This document shows positions 27,207 to 41,139 of a stretch of DNA of 64,000 nucleotides, in pieces. This DNA is from Eledone cirrhosa. Taxonomy: Eukaryota. The stretch spans positions 45,570,001 through 45,634,000 of the forward strand of contig OZ024746.1 in assembly GCA_964016885.1 (NCBI GenBank). The letters run 5' to 3'. The position numbers and the translations under genes were made by a program. Every line of letters begins with the position of its first letter. The stretch's first letter is position 1. Below the pieces are notes generated by a model. It worked only from the letters and a program-made list of their open reading frames with translations. It was not told the origin of the DNA and made no database searches.

Positions 27207-28568
27207 TTTTTACACACATATTTTTTTAAAAACCTGAATTACATCCCTTGTAATGAACAATATTCTCTTCGCTATAAACGACAAAGATAAAACATAAGAG
27301 GCCAACCACATCAGATAAATAGAAACGAAAAACATTCTTCAAAAAACCTTTTTGAAAAGGGTGTAAAGGCTGAAACAGATAAAAACAAACAAAAATATAT
27401 TTTTTAAAATATATAAATAATCATCAAACTACTTGGCATATTAATACAGAAACCCTCTAAATTACCAAAAGTCATTGCACTTTTTCAAACCCTATTTTTC
27501 CTGTGTAGAACAATGAACACAAAACAAAAGTCAGAGATAGTTAATTAGTTCATTGTTTTACAATCATTTCAGAGGGTCGATTATATATATATAATGATTA
27601 ATAGTATATATTAAAATTTTAAGCAAAATAGCTCTGCTTTCACCCTAAGTGGGACCATTTGAAACTGAGGAAAATCAATCTGAAGTCGCAAAAATAAATA
27701 TTTCAAACACGTTACGAGGAAATATTGCCATAAAAAAACAAAAACAAAAAAAAAACACCTGTACGTGATGACGTTCTCTTGAGGTTAAAGAAATATATGC
27801 AAGGAAAATTACGCCATTATGTGGAGCGAGAAGAACAAATTTTTGCTATGAGAAAATCAGGAGACCAATATTATTTTCAGAATAGCCAAATAATTTCCAG
27901 CTACCATATATGGCAAGTGATAGTAGTAAAGTGATTATACTGAAGATATTGATAATTAGTAAACATAAGTGTGGTAGCTAAGAACAATCTAACTTTATAC
28001 TCAATTTTTATATAATGCGTATGTATAATTTTCATACACTATATTTTCGGTTATGCATGCTTCCACGTCGGTCAGCGCATACTTATGTTTGAGCCAAAAT
28101 TCGAAAACATTACTATTGATGTTCTCATTTTACGATCTGAGTTCAAATTGCCTTTTAATCCTTACGTGGCCGATAAAATAAAGCACCAGTAATGCACTGG
28201 GGTCGATTTTATCCACTTTACCCTCCTCTAAAATCGTTGGCCTTGTGCCTAAATCAGAAGCGATTATTATTATTTTAATGTGTAATCATTTTACAGCCCT
28301 TAATATCATTTTCCCTGTATGGTAGGTGGAAATTATTTGTCTATTCTGAAAAGAATATTAGTGTCTTCATTTTTTTCATAGCAAGAATTTGTTCTCGCAG
28401 ATTGATTTTTCTTAATTTCAGATGATCCCGTTTAGTGTGAAAGCAGAGATTGTTTGCTTAAACTTTTAAAATGTACTTATGATAAACATTTTCTCTAGGG
28501 GTTTATATATACTTACATGTATAGATGCGAAACAAACCACAGCAGAAACACAAACCCTCCATCTCGAT

Positions 28569-28612
28569 TTTACTTTTGAAAATCAAAACAACTGTGAAAC
28601 CGGTAAAGTAAA
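28569..28612 (+). ncRNA. Minimal type I hammerhead motif, U3-A8 variant
   Basis: tttactt-TTGAAAA-tca..tgt-GAAA-ccgg-TA-aagtaaa: 7-bp stem I, palindromic ACCGGT stem III, then AATAAA. Confidence 0.55.
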
Positions 28613-28658
28613 TAAATAAATATATCTTAAAAAACTCCAGTTACATTTTCAATTTCTT

Positions 28659-28705
<47 letters not shown>

Positions 28706-28706
<1 letters not shown>

Positions 28707-29016
28707 TTTTTGAATTTGTTTTGTAAACATTTTTATCTGAAAAGGTGTGTTGAAACAGGTACTTTGGGAGGGTCATGCTGCCAATAAAAACACATGTACC
28801 TGTTGGATTTCACTTCAATTTATAATAAATTTCCGATTGGTTGGTTCAATAAGAGGATGATTGTTTATATAATGTCAAACCTCTTTTGTCACACATTCTG
28901 TGATCTCCTCAGTGACTGGTTTCTTATTTTGTGTCTCTCCTTTATTCTGTTCTACACCATCTTGTTTTTGTGAGACACAAAAACAGGATGGTGTATGACA
29001 AAACAAAGGAGAGACA
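28706..29016 (-). mobile_element. TA-anchored PLE pLTR-like remnant with terminal hairpin
   Basis: Homologous to 54265-54556; about 41-bp hairpin at 28932-29016; decayed hammerhead gtca-CTGAGGA...AAAA..tgac at about 28875-28915. Confidence 0.55.
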
Positions 29017-29657
29017 ATCCCACCGAGATCAACTATGCGATTCATCCATTTAACGCCGATAAAAACATATCAGTCTAATACTGGGTTGATTCTTCCTCTA
29101 TACATCTTTCTCTCTATCATTCTCTGACTTAATCGTCCAAAAATACGAGATCCTAGCACTAGACAGATTTCACTGAGAGATCATCTTGATTTATGTGCGA
29201 CTTATAAATTCCTCATGTTCCAAATCTTCCTACTTCACGTTTGGTCAGATAATACCACAGATCAAACACAAATAAATGAATAAAATATATTTATACAAAA
29301 ATATAAAGCCCGACTGGATAAAATTTAACGAGGTACATTCACGAACAACTACTCACACAAGCACACATAATTCTTGTTCATTCTATCATTTGATATTTTG
29401 AAGTCACACAGACAACAACCTGAGCACAATAATTACTTTTTCACAAATGTCACTACCACGCGGGTGTAGTAGAAAACAAATGCTATGGCTACATACAAAT
29501 CAGACAAGAGACATTTAAAGCAGAGCTCTTTATTTTTCCTTGTCACTTGAAAATCGTCAAAATCGTGAAACCTGTAAAGTTAGTTATTTTAAATAAGTCT
29601 TGCCCAAAGCTCGAGAGCATTTTCAACTACTTTTCTTCATTTACATATATGTGTATG

Positions 29658-29982
29658 CAATGGCAGACTGGTCAGGTTGCCCAATGGCACGGTAGCATTG
29701 TAAGGCTATGTATGTATATAGATAGATATATATATATATTGAGTGACTGTGAAAGACCAAAGGTCATTATTGAAAGTCACTGGATTTCGCAAAATACGTA
29801 ATATTTTTTATTGTAGAAGGTAAGATATTTTTCCGCAAAAATTTGATTGCACTGTTTTCGCTCCACTTATGCATTTTTTGAAAATGTTGTTTATTCATTA
29901 TAAAAATTAAATGATAGCACTCCACATGTAGGTGGGCCCCTTTCATCTGCCAACCAATATTGTTAGACCTAGTCCGACACTG
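29658..29982. mobile_element. hAT-like MITE
   Basis: TIRs caatggcagactgg / ctagtccgacactg; right half duplicated at 31160-31373, ending ccagtccgccactg. Confidence 0.6.
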
Positions 29983-29992
29983 TATATATATG

Positions 29993-30313
29993 ACTTCCCA
30001 CGGGTAAAAGCTGAAGCATATAGACAATATGCCCCCACCCCCTCCCACTGCAAAGTGGTCGTGGAGGTGACACGGCAAAAAAAAGTACCCAGCCCACACT
30101 GTAAAGTGGACGTGTAGGCACCATGGAAAAAAAGCACCCACCACTCACTGTAAATGAGGCTGGTGTTAGGAAGGGCATCCAACTGTAGAAATCAAGCCAG
30201 AATCAATTCCCGTGTGTGCAAGACAAGGTCAGCCGACCGGACACTACCCACAACAGGACAACCCGTCTAACCCATGCTAGCGTGGAAGAACGGACGTAAA
30301 ACGGTGATGATGA
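29993..30313 (+). mobile_element. RTE 3' UTR (very short 5'-truncated copy)
   Basis: Reverse complement of 49403-49730. Confidence 0.85.
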
Positions 30314-30331
30314 TATATACATACATATATA

Positions 30332-30495
30332 TAATTGTTTCCAGCAATTATCCCAGTACATTACTGGTACTTTATTTTATCGACCCCGTAAGGATGAAAG
30401 GCAACGTAAACTTCGGCGGGAATTGAACTCAGATCGTAATGGGACGTAACTATGCTGGAAAGCATATCTGACCCTCTACCGATACTACCAACCAA
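30332..30495 (-). mobile_element. SINE family A
   Basis: Matches family A with small deletions. Confidence 0.75.
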
Positions 30496-30697
30496 TCATT
30501 GTTAGTTTGAATCTAATTGACATGCAAAAACATATATATAGGAATAAGCTAAGCCCAAATCATAGTATATTCAAATATCACAGAGAGAAAGGGGGAGAAA
30601 TGAGGTGCAACAGAAATGAATCATGGATTACAGGTTAAAATATAATATAGATAGATGAGAAACAAAACGAGGATGTAGTTTATGAAACACCCAAATG

Positions 30698-31160
30698 CTT
30701 TAGAAGTCGACCTTAAGTAGGAACAATAACATTAAGAAAGGCATGAAAGAAACCACAACACTTTGTTTTGAACATTTTGAAAATAGGTTTATAAGTATGA
30801 ATTTTCATAAGATTTTCGTGGTTGTCTCTGTGGCCTAGAGGTAGGTACTAGAGACGGTGGAGATGCTGACTTTGGGTTCAATCCTTGTCAAGCGGTACAT
30901 GTAATGTTTTTCAGTTTTTATTTTACAACCTATAGAAAAAACTGAAAAGGTTTACTGGGAACCCAACTCCCGACCAGGATCGAACTTCAGATCAGAATCA
31001 CCAACGTATATGATTCCTCCAACTAGGCCACCGAGACAGTTACAAAGGTATAATGGAAATTGATAATTATAAACCTACTTTCAAAATCAAAGTTAAAAAG
31101 ATGTGGTGTTGTTCATGGCTTTCCTAGAGCTATTAGTAATATTTAGGGTCGTCTTCTGGT
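30698..31160. mobile_element. Degenerate palindromic element with two convergent tRNA-like units
   Basis: Mirror arms (ataggtttataa / ttataaacctac; gtctctgtggcctag / ctaggccaccgagac); A and B boxes on both strands. Confidence 0.6.
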
Positions 31161-31370
31161 CGTTATTGAAAGTCTCTGGATTTCGTAAAATACATAATAT
31201 TTTTATTGGAGAAGGTAAGATATTTTTCCACAAAAATTTGATTGCACTGTTTTGTTTCCACTTATTTATTTTTCAAAAATGTTATTTATTCATTATGAAA
31301 ATGAAATGATAGCATTCTATGTGTCCCCCTTCATCTCCTGGCTACCAATATTTTTGGACCCAGTCCGCCA

Positions 31371-31457
<87 letters not shown>

Positions 31458-32966
31458 TATTAACGCATGGGAGAATGAGTACTCAATATCGAAGTATAGC
31501 TTAATAATTATCTTTATTATGGCTAAGGAATGAGTCTTGTTATTCTCGAGTTTCACCTGTGTACTCGCATCATCATTAGCCAGGACTCTTATGATCCTCT
31601 GAGTTCACAGGTTAAACAAGACTCTGTAGGAAGCAATGGCACTACTTTATCACGGAGTAATTGGGTCGTTCTTGATCAGTCGCCAGTCCTTTATGTTGAC
31701 GGCGTAGGAATATTAAGAACGACTTCCACTCAGCAGGTGATTTCGCGCTTAAGTATCAAATCTCCAGCAGTTGCGTTCCAGGTTTTGTCCTGAGAGTTAG
31801 TATGTAACTCATTTCTGATTTTTATTCATCCTACTTCACGATAAAACTATGTGTTACTAAAACAATTTCGTTTTGGATTTCCTTAGAACTACGTTTATCG
31901 TTTAACTTAATTATACGATATGTTGGAGCTTTTCACTCTCCTCCAACTTGTATTAATATGAAGCAAAAAAAAAAAAAATTATAACGTGGCCAATTATGTC
32001 TTCTGATCTGATCTGATCTGATCCTTTCCTCAACTATGGAATATGAACACGCGGCCTTACAACCTATATCTTTTTTAAGGATCCTTTCTGCAACCAATAC
32101 TTTTATACAATCGAAAGTATAATTGCTAAAGCTCCCCACGTATCCAATATATATATATATATATAATCAAATTTGCACACAATAAAACACGAAATACGTG
32201 CGACAAATAAAGAAAAACATTTCTCTTCCTTGTCAGACACCCACGGGCAATGCAATTTATGACATACGTATGAAATAGTATGAAATCGAACACAGGTTGC
32301 TCATTTGCTTACAAAAGTCCGACAGAACGATGCATTTAAGACAACACAACACTGCAGAGGCAGAGGAGAAGAAATGAGTCTCTTTTGACTATAACAGTAA
32401 TGTGAGTACGTAAACAAATAACAATCAAAAGTCTTAAATCTGGAAACAGAATAGAATAGAGTGCTGAAAAGTCGTACAAATGGTAACGCTGAGTAATAGA
32501 GAGAGAGAAAGTTGTTGTACTCGAAAATAAACAGGTAGTTAATGTATGAAGGAGTACATAACATTGCAGTAGTAATAAATAGCAAAGATTCACACACACA
32601 CACACACAAAAAGACGAAATACGTTGGGAAAATGAACAAAAGTGTCTAACTTCCACACCTGGGCAATGCAATTTCGCGCATAAGTTTAAATAAGTATAGT
32701 TTTAGTGTACATGACATTTCTTTTAAAAGAATATCTGCTTGTTCCAACTTTGATGATCTTTGAATGTAAGGTGTGACTTTCACTTTGTTAATCAGTAATT
32801 ATTGCCAACAAGTTTTGGTTGACTATATTTTATGTGTTCACCACCCTAAATGCTGGAAATAATTCTAAATTTAACCTTACTAGTTGGCCAAGAATATTAT
32901 TAATGCTAATTTAAGAATATAATGAAAGAGTAGCAGATAAAAACCCTTTGAAACGTTCATGTAGAT

Positions 32967-33543
32967 CAGTGGTTCTCAAAGTGAGCGCTACCATCCCCCC
33001 GGGGGTGTTGAGAATGTCCAAGGCGCACTGGGCCTAGACGGAGGAGGGGGGCTCGGTAGAGATGATATAATAGTATATAGAATATCAAATGATGCATATC
33101 ATATAGATATAGTAAAATGAAAAATATATAATATTTATTTATACATATTATTCATTATATATAAATTAATGATTTTATTTCGCGTTCACTTTTATGTCAC
33201 GTTCACTTAAAAATATTTTTTAAAATCATGTTCCCTTAAAAATAATTTTTAAATTATTGAAATATATACAGACATGTATATATTGTAAAATGAAAATTTC
33301 AAGCTACTCTTTCACAACCACTATCTCTTTCTCTCTATCTCTTTCTCTCTCTCTCAATTTATGAAGTATTTATGAAGGTACCCGGAAAAACTTGTTTTAT
33401 TCCACACAATCACAGAGTTAGTAGTATATAGATATATAATTTACAATTTGCGTGTAGGTAGGTCTCTCTGGAAATAGGGGTGGGGAGCGCTGATAGTATT
33501 ACGTGGTCGCGAGGGAGGCGGTGGGTCAAAAAGTTTGAGAACC
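32967..33543. mobile_element. hAT (Charlie/MER5-like) non-autonomous element
   Basis: TIRs CAGTGGTTCTCAAA / TTTGAGAACC; flanks atgtagat and ttgtagat resemble an 8-bp TSD. Confidence 0.75.
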
Positions 33544-35455
33544 TTGTAGATTAAAATGTATCAAATAGTTTTAACACTACTTCCAATTTGATTTGCATGC
33601 AGTGCTAAAAATTAACATAATGCACTTCATGTAGCCCAATTTAACAAACCTAAGTGAAATAAAGACAAAGAGAAGTGAACCAGTATGCTTTCACAGACAG
33701 TTGTTCGTAGCTCTTTCACTTCTTGACATAACGATAGAAATAACTGATAACATCCCTCAAAGTAGGAGAGGTGACAAGTATTTAACAAAGAATATAGTTT
33801 TCAAAGTAATATGTCTATACACTTTACACCATCTCAAGAATCAAACACTTCAGAAAAAATATAATCTCAAAAGAAATTATGTATTTTATGATTCTTTATA
33901 AATTTCTAACAATTTTATAGTTTTCAAAATTACTATGGAATTTCACAGGTATTATTTCTTCTTCTTCTTCTTCTTCTTCTTCTTCACACAAAATAAAGAA
34001 CACATTTATGAATTTCAAAAATATAGTACAAGTACAGCAGCAAAATCGCTCCAAAACAGATATGGAGATGGTGTAGTGACTAAAAGAAGATGTTGGGGAT
34101 GGTTTTCATAATTCAGAAATGTGGACTACTGCGTCAGTATAGAATTAGAGACCATTATACCTTGTTAGGACATCATTCTAGAAGGGAAACTCTGATGTGT
34201 AAAACCTGTGACTCAATCAATGTTCATTTTTGGGGGATATCTGGCACTGTTCTTCAGGGAGTGGGATTGGTCGAATACATGTTTCAAACACAGGCATCAC
34301 TTGAACTAAATGACTTTCACATGAGTTGTGTGAATATGGCCTTTTATTTTTTTTTTCTTTCATTGCAGCATATGCAAAAAGAAATCTAAGTCCTTGGACT
34401 TAAAAAGTTATGATCGTGCTACCCATGTATGATAAAATGGCCAAGGCATTGTAACTCTTAAAACCAAGATGCAGCAAATATATAATGTATATATGTATGC
34501 AAGCATACATACATGCATACATTCATACATACATACATCCATGCACGTATATATGTCATAGCATGTATATTTTTGGCAGCTTCCAAACATAAAAGGATGA
34601 AATTAAAACTTTTTCAGAAAATTCCCCAGATTGGTGAATAATCAATTGATTTGATATTATATTATCATTTAACCCTGAGTCAACATGCCTTGCAGCATAT
34701 AGTTACTGTTCAAATACAGTTCTGAGTTCAAATCTCACCAAGGTTAACTTTGCCTTTCATCTTTACAGAGTTGATAAAATAAAATGCTACTAATGCACTG
34801 GGGTTCATTTAATCTACTTTCCCCTTACTTTTGAATTGCTGTGTCAAACGCAGAAACAATTATTTAAACCTGGGTCGATTTGATCATGCCGGCCTATGAC
34901 ATTGATCATTGCAGTATATTAGTTATACAGGATTACATTATTTAATGTGCCTCATCTTTTTTAAAATAAAGTGTGTCTGTGGCGTTACAGTTATTTGACT
35001 GTTATTTCTAGCAGATCTAGCAACCATATAGAAACTCTTTCATTAGATCGTGATAATGAGTAGTTATTTTATCCAGCCAGGGGAATGAAAGGGAAAGTCA
35101 GTGAAGCAAGACTAGAACTTAGAATATAAGGTGGTAAATAGGAAGAGACTTTAGAATATAGGAGAAAATAGCCTTACATATTTGTTCCCACTCACTGCAC
35201 TTTGAGCTTAAAGCTCACTAAAGAAAAATTTGTCTTTCATCCTTTTAGGGTCTGTAAAATGGCAGTTCTGGATGGTAGATTAGCTGAATTGTAAGAGCTT
35301 CAGAAAAGTTGCCTTGCAGTAATTATTTTAATTTTGGTTGTTCTAAGTTAAAATCCTGTTGTGATCTACTTGGATAATAAGCTTAATCTGTTATACAGTT
35401 TAACACTACCTCTTGACACTTGGGTGCCTTACAAGAGTCCTCTCTCTTGGGAATA

Positions 35456-35687
35456 TATGAGGCTAGGCTGAAAAGTTCATAGGCTGACTATGAAAGAATG
35501 ATGCTAGGCTGTAAAATTTTGCTTGCATTCATTTCAACTATTTTTTTTTTTATTAATTGTTTCTTTCTAGGAAATATATTGTTTATTAATTGTTTCTTTC
35601 TAGGAAATATGTTGAAAACTAAACCTCATTTGGTCATTCCATGAGAATATCTTGGTTAGCCTATGAACATTTCAGCTGAACCGCCTA
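35456..35687. mobile_element. Tc1/mariner-like MITE
   Basis: TIRs gctgaaaagttcataggctgac / gttagcctatgaacatttcagc; TA ends. Confidence 0.65.
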
Positions 35688-38450
35688 ATTTGAGCATACC
35701 TTCTTTACCTTCTGTCTAGTCTTTGAGCCCCAGGTGAGGGTCATGAGCACTCACCTTCTTTCTGATTAAATAATAAAAATAAATTGTTGGGTATGGAATT
35801 AAATGTAATTTAGTCTATGAAGCTGCTGTTTTGTCATTCTATTAGTCTTGACAGAAACTAACATATATATTGCAATACACATCTACCCATGTGCAAATCA
35901 ATATATAGCTTAGTAATATGATATATAATATTTCTAATAATAAATCTTCATCTCATCGTATGCAAAGTAATTAATTGCTGCATGAGGTATTTGCATAGAG
36001 AGAGATGAGATGGTAGTGTCAGATTAAATGACATGACATGTTTAGTTACATAGTTTATGTTCAACTTTTATTGGTCTGATCTTAGCTATGGGATTAATAA
36101 AATAAGTACCAGTAATATACGTTTTTTCTTCCTTGAGCACTGAATTCCTGAAGTTGTAGAGGGCCCAGCATCTATATGTTGTCCAGAAGATCTCTCTTAA
36201 GGCCTGACAACTGATCAGTTGGAGATGGTTGTTTCTGACAGGACCCACTGGAGGGAATAAGTGGGCAAAGAAGAGAAGAAGAATGTTGAAAGGATAAAAG
36301 ACAAAGTTGACCCAAGTGGTTTTTTAAATCAGAGGTCTGGGAGCTAAAAACAAAATTACATAGTTTTCTGTCTGATACGCTAATGTGTCTTTTAGTTTGT
36401 CACCTTATAATATTCTGCAGTCTTTTCAATCAACTATACTCACTTTCTCAAAAAGTAATATATCTTTTTGCCAATGTTATAATTCAGGTTAACATGAAAT
36501 AGGCAGTGAAATAAAAAAAATATATTAGAATGCCAGATTAAATAATTTTCACTATTTCTGTCTCATTACATTTTAAGCTCATGACAGACCTTATGCTTTT
36601 AATCTATTGCAGCCAATAAATTAATTGCCTGCCAGGTACATTAGGTGGTTTAATTGATTTTAACCGTTTTGCAAAAAATTCATTAAAGAAATCATTATCA
36701 AAACTCAGCTCTTTTCATACTGTCCCAACTAAAACTGACTCTGTCTATATGAAACAAAACCACTCATTGTAAAGGGTTCATATTTAAATTAAAATCTTTC
36801 CACACAATTTGATACAAGAACCTTTTGTTATGTTTCAAATACTATCTTAATAATGAAATAATTAATCATTTTAGTATATTTCTCAATGTTTCATTAATTA
36901 ATTCAAGTACAGTTTGTTTCATTATAAATATTGTAATAAAAGGGTTAATGTTTAGCATGTTTATTTCCTAAAACTACTAACAAATAGAATAAAACCTCCG
37001 CTGTTTTCCACAAATTTGCATTTCCTTTAATTTTCTTTTTATTATTATTTAGGTTTGGAGGATGGGTAAATGCCTATGGCTTTTACAACCTTGAGAAAAA
37101 TACTGAAATTGATACAAGTAACATTCATTTAAAAGTGTTGCAAGTTGACAACTGCATAAAATAGTGTATATTTGGGGAGAAAAGACTGGTCATAGTGGTT
37201 GTTGTAGAACTTATGTGTCTAAACAGTGTAGGAATGAAAAGAGGAGTTACAAATGAGTCAAGAGTGCCTAGGTAGGAATGACACAAAACCAGCCAGTTCT
37301 GAGGAGCAGAGAGGCCCTTATAGTAATGAGGAAAAAAAAAACTTTTTTCCAGACCAAAGATTTACATGTATGCATGGGATGAAATTAATGCAAATCAGCT
37401 GAGTAGCCTGTTCTTGGATGCAGTCAGTATGTTTGTGTGTGTAGCAGCAGTTCCATTCCAGATGTGGAAACAGTATTCTTTTGATATTCATATCTGAACT
37501 TTGTAAAGATTTAGTAGTTCTGAAGAGAAAGGCCATCTCTGAGATGCATTATTTGCTGTATTGGCCAGGAGAGATCGTTAATGATAGTGGGGCCTAATAT
37601 CTGGATTGATTGCAAAGGTTTTAGTTGTTTGTTGATCCTCGTTAATGGGAAGGGGTGTAAACATTTTTTTATTTCCCTCAATTTTTCCTTTGGAAAGGCA
37701 TGAGCATCACAAAACACATGCCCCTCTTCTTTCCCAATGTCAACAAACCCCCCAAAATGTCTAATAATCAGCCCATAAAAGTTACTTCAGATTTTAAATA
37801 GTCTGACAACTGTTTATCACAATTATATATGATAAATAAATAAATATTGATTGATGAACTGATATATGCTATTATGTGTTTTAATAGCTAAGCTCACAAC
37901 ATGAAATATCAAATATATTTTGTAGTGCAGAATTAAATGACAAAACAAAATGTGAAAACGAAACAATAAATATTGATGTATGAGATTTTAATAGTAAAAG
38001 GTATTAAGGATAGTACAGAATAGTGTGAATATCATTTTTAATTTTCACCTTATTTTGTCTAAGCTGCACCACAAACATTTAACATTAGCACAGATTTTTA
38101 GTTTTTTACATGTTAAATCAAACCCATTTAACGATATAACAAAATTTAAATCTATTTAAACTTTTATGTGAAATTAGTTATGCAAATAATATAGAATTTT
38201 TACAATTAGTGAGGAATTGAAGTTAGCATTTTAACTGGATTAATTTAATAATTTAATATTATTGTTTCCTGAAATTTTGTAGAACCAGAATGATGAATGA
38301 TATGGTGAGAAGAGAGTGAAAAAGAAAGACATGATGATAATGATAATGATCATGGTGATCATGATCATGCTAATGATGATGTTGATAAATACAATAATAA
38401 TGATGACCATGATGATGATGAAGCTAATGATAATGAATATGGCAACTCAC

Positions 38451-38596
38451 CTCATCTGACATAATTTCTTTTTTCCATGCCACCTACGTTCTTTAATTGA
38501 TGAACTTTGAGGCAATGAGGAAACCATTACATGAACATCAGACTTGCTAGATTGCTGGAAAAGCATTCAAATATCATTTATATTTCATCTTATAAC
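38451..38596 (-). other. Candidate spliced exon, possibly containing an ATG
   Basis: Poly-T + AAG acceptor and gag|GTGAGT donor; frame open from ATG 38566: MLFQQSSKSDVHVMVSSLPQSSSIKERRWHGKKKLCQM. Confidence 0.4.
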
Positions 38597-40152
38597 CTTA
38601 AAAAAAAAAAAGGAGACATAAAAATAAAGGTATATAGAAATACACATTGAATAACATAATTTCATTTAGAAATATAAACACATGCTATTCACATATTTTA
38701 AATAACATTGGATAATGTGGATCTGAAATACAATGCCAGCAAAAATGTTATGTTATTCACAATTGGTATGCCTTTAATTCTAGATCTACCTGCTTGATCA
38801 GGGCTGACTTGGGAATAAATAACAACGACAAGGACAAGCTAATAAAAAAAAAAAAAATTCTAGCACTGTCATTAAGGTGTCATCATCATCACCATTTAAC
38901 ATCCACTTTTCCCAGCTGATATGGGTTAGACGAGTTATCTTGTTGTCCTAGCACCAGCCTCATTTACAGTTTGGACTGGATGCTTTTTGTCGTGACTCCT
39001 ACACAACCACTTTACAGTGTGGGCTGGGTGCTTTTTGCCATGTCGCCATCACGACTTCTTTACAGTGTGGGTTGGGGGGCTTCACTGGATGTATACTTCA
39101 GCTTGACCTTATGGGGTGTGTATGTGAATGGGTGGGGTGGTGTATGCTATATCTATGTTACAGCCGCTGCCTGTGGGAATTCAGGTCTTCAGTCATATAA
39201 AATGATTTACAGTATATACTCTTGTTCTTTGCATTCTGAATTCAAACCCTTTGCCTTTCATTCATTTATCAGAAAATAGAATAAAATAAAAATATCAGAT
39301 AAATAAAAGAGATTAAGTGTGTTACATCAGTGCTGTAAACAACAAATGGTGCCACCAACACTTTCTGACCAACAGTGAAACTTGTTGACCATTCAGTAGT
39401 AAAGAATTACATTTTATTCTTACACTATAGATCAACACATAGTTTTGGAGATAAATTTTAGACTTAAAAAGTCGACTTTTGTGTTCTGTATAGCAACAAC
39501 ATTGTCCTATTGTTCTGGGGTGAGTTGTATTTGTACTTTGTAGAGTTAATATCTGTTAGGAGCTGAAGTAGTTGTTGACCCTTTAAACAAAGACTAGTCT
39601 TTGGGAAGCAGTATTTAGTTTGTTTTCGAAGTGAGAAAATCATAATAGTTCATCATTGATGGTGAGGCCAAGCATTTGCTAAGGTTTTATAAAAATTATA
39701 TAAAGATGTTGCTCCCAACAGTAAAAAAAAAACAAAAAAACCTCATCATCCAATAAAAAAGTTTTTTTTTTCAATTTACCTTTTCTTTTTTATATTTTAA
39801 ATTACAATTCTTTTTCAAAGAAAAAAAGGAAAAAAAACAATCAATATAAATAATTAAAAATGAAATATACAATCCCTCTCTAAAAAGATATTTAAACAAA
39901 CAAAATATGAACACCATCTTGTGAAAAGATAAAATAAAAATAAATAAATAACAATTTTTACTAGAATAATAACTTCGTTAATGAGGTATTAGAGCTAAGC
40001 GTTAATAAACGCTATGAGTTAATTCCCTTTGATATATTTCGGTGGTGTAATGAATCAATGGATCTGGTCTCGCTCCACTTTCCTCTTTATTTTACACACC
40101 CAGTTTTATATCCGTTGTTTATTTCTTCTCATTTTCTGTTGTATTTTTTTTT

Positions 40153-40278
40153 TCAAATGTTTCTTCTTGATTTTGTTTTGTTTTTTTTGCTTTTTATTTC
40201 ATGCCTTATTTCTTCTTTTACTGTTTCAACCGCTGCTTCTACTGCTGTCTCTATTGCTTCTGTTGTTTTCTTTACAAA
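40153..40278 (-). CDS. Candidate terminal coding exon of an unidentified gene
   Basis: Acceptor tttttaCAG; FVKKTTEAIETAVEAAVETVKEEIRHEIKSKKNKTKSRRNI*; followed by about 750 bp of repeat-free AT-rich 3'UTR-like sequence with AATAAA near 39415. Confidence 0.45.
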   Translation of the reverse strand, partial: FVKKTTEAIETAVEAAVETVKEEIRHEIKSKKNKTKSRRNI

Positions 40279-41139
40279 CTGTAAAAATCTCACATAAAAG
40301 AAAACAGTCACAATATTAACAACCATAACAACAAAAATATAACATTTTAAAAATAAAACAAATATATACAAAAACTGTTTCATATTAATGTAGAAAAGTC
40401 TGACTAGTGTCTAATGTTACATTGTAAAGAGTGGATGTGCTTTAGTTTGTGTATAAGTCTCCGTGCCTGTATATTTGTATGTGTGAATAATTGCTTTTAG
40501 ATATGGATATCAGTATATGTGTGTGCTTGTAAGTGAATCTGTATTTTATCAAGGCATATATTTACAATGTTTTTCTATTATATGTGTTGTGTGTAAATGT
40601 GTGTGTGCTTGTGTTAATATTTGTATGCCTGCATAATTGCTTTTGTGTATGGTTGTCAGGTGTGTCTGTGCATGTTAGGCATGTGTGTGTTTAGTGGGTC
40701 CTGTGTATATGTATTTGTTATGTAATATATATGTATTTGCTATTGTGCATTTTAGTATGTCTAAATGATTGTGTGAAAAGGGGTGTTTGAATTGTTATTG
40801 TTGTTTAGCCCCTAAGATAGTCCTGATCAAGCAGGTTTATGATCCTTGACATCCCAGCCATGACTATCATATCTTTTTTTACTGTATACAAGGAAACCAA
40901 TATTACATTCTATAGCCTGTCCCTTTTTCATAAAGCTGGAAGTGTGTGATTTCTGGAAGACATGGCTGCTATTTCTAACAGATCGACCGACCACATAAAG
41001 GCTCCCTATTTAGATCAAGAATGTTTGTGTTTGTGCTATGTAAACAGTTGAATGTGGGAGGTGGATGCAAGTGTGAGTGTGGGCATGAGTGTATGTGTGA
41101 ATGTTAGTATAAGTGTGATTCTTAATGTTATTAGCTTGT

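Noticed and set aside
27755-27835. Promoter-like motifs (TGACGT, GCCATT)
   Set aside because: Short motifs expected by chance; no linked exon identified
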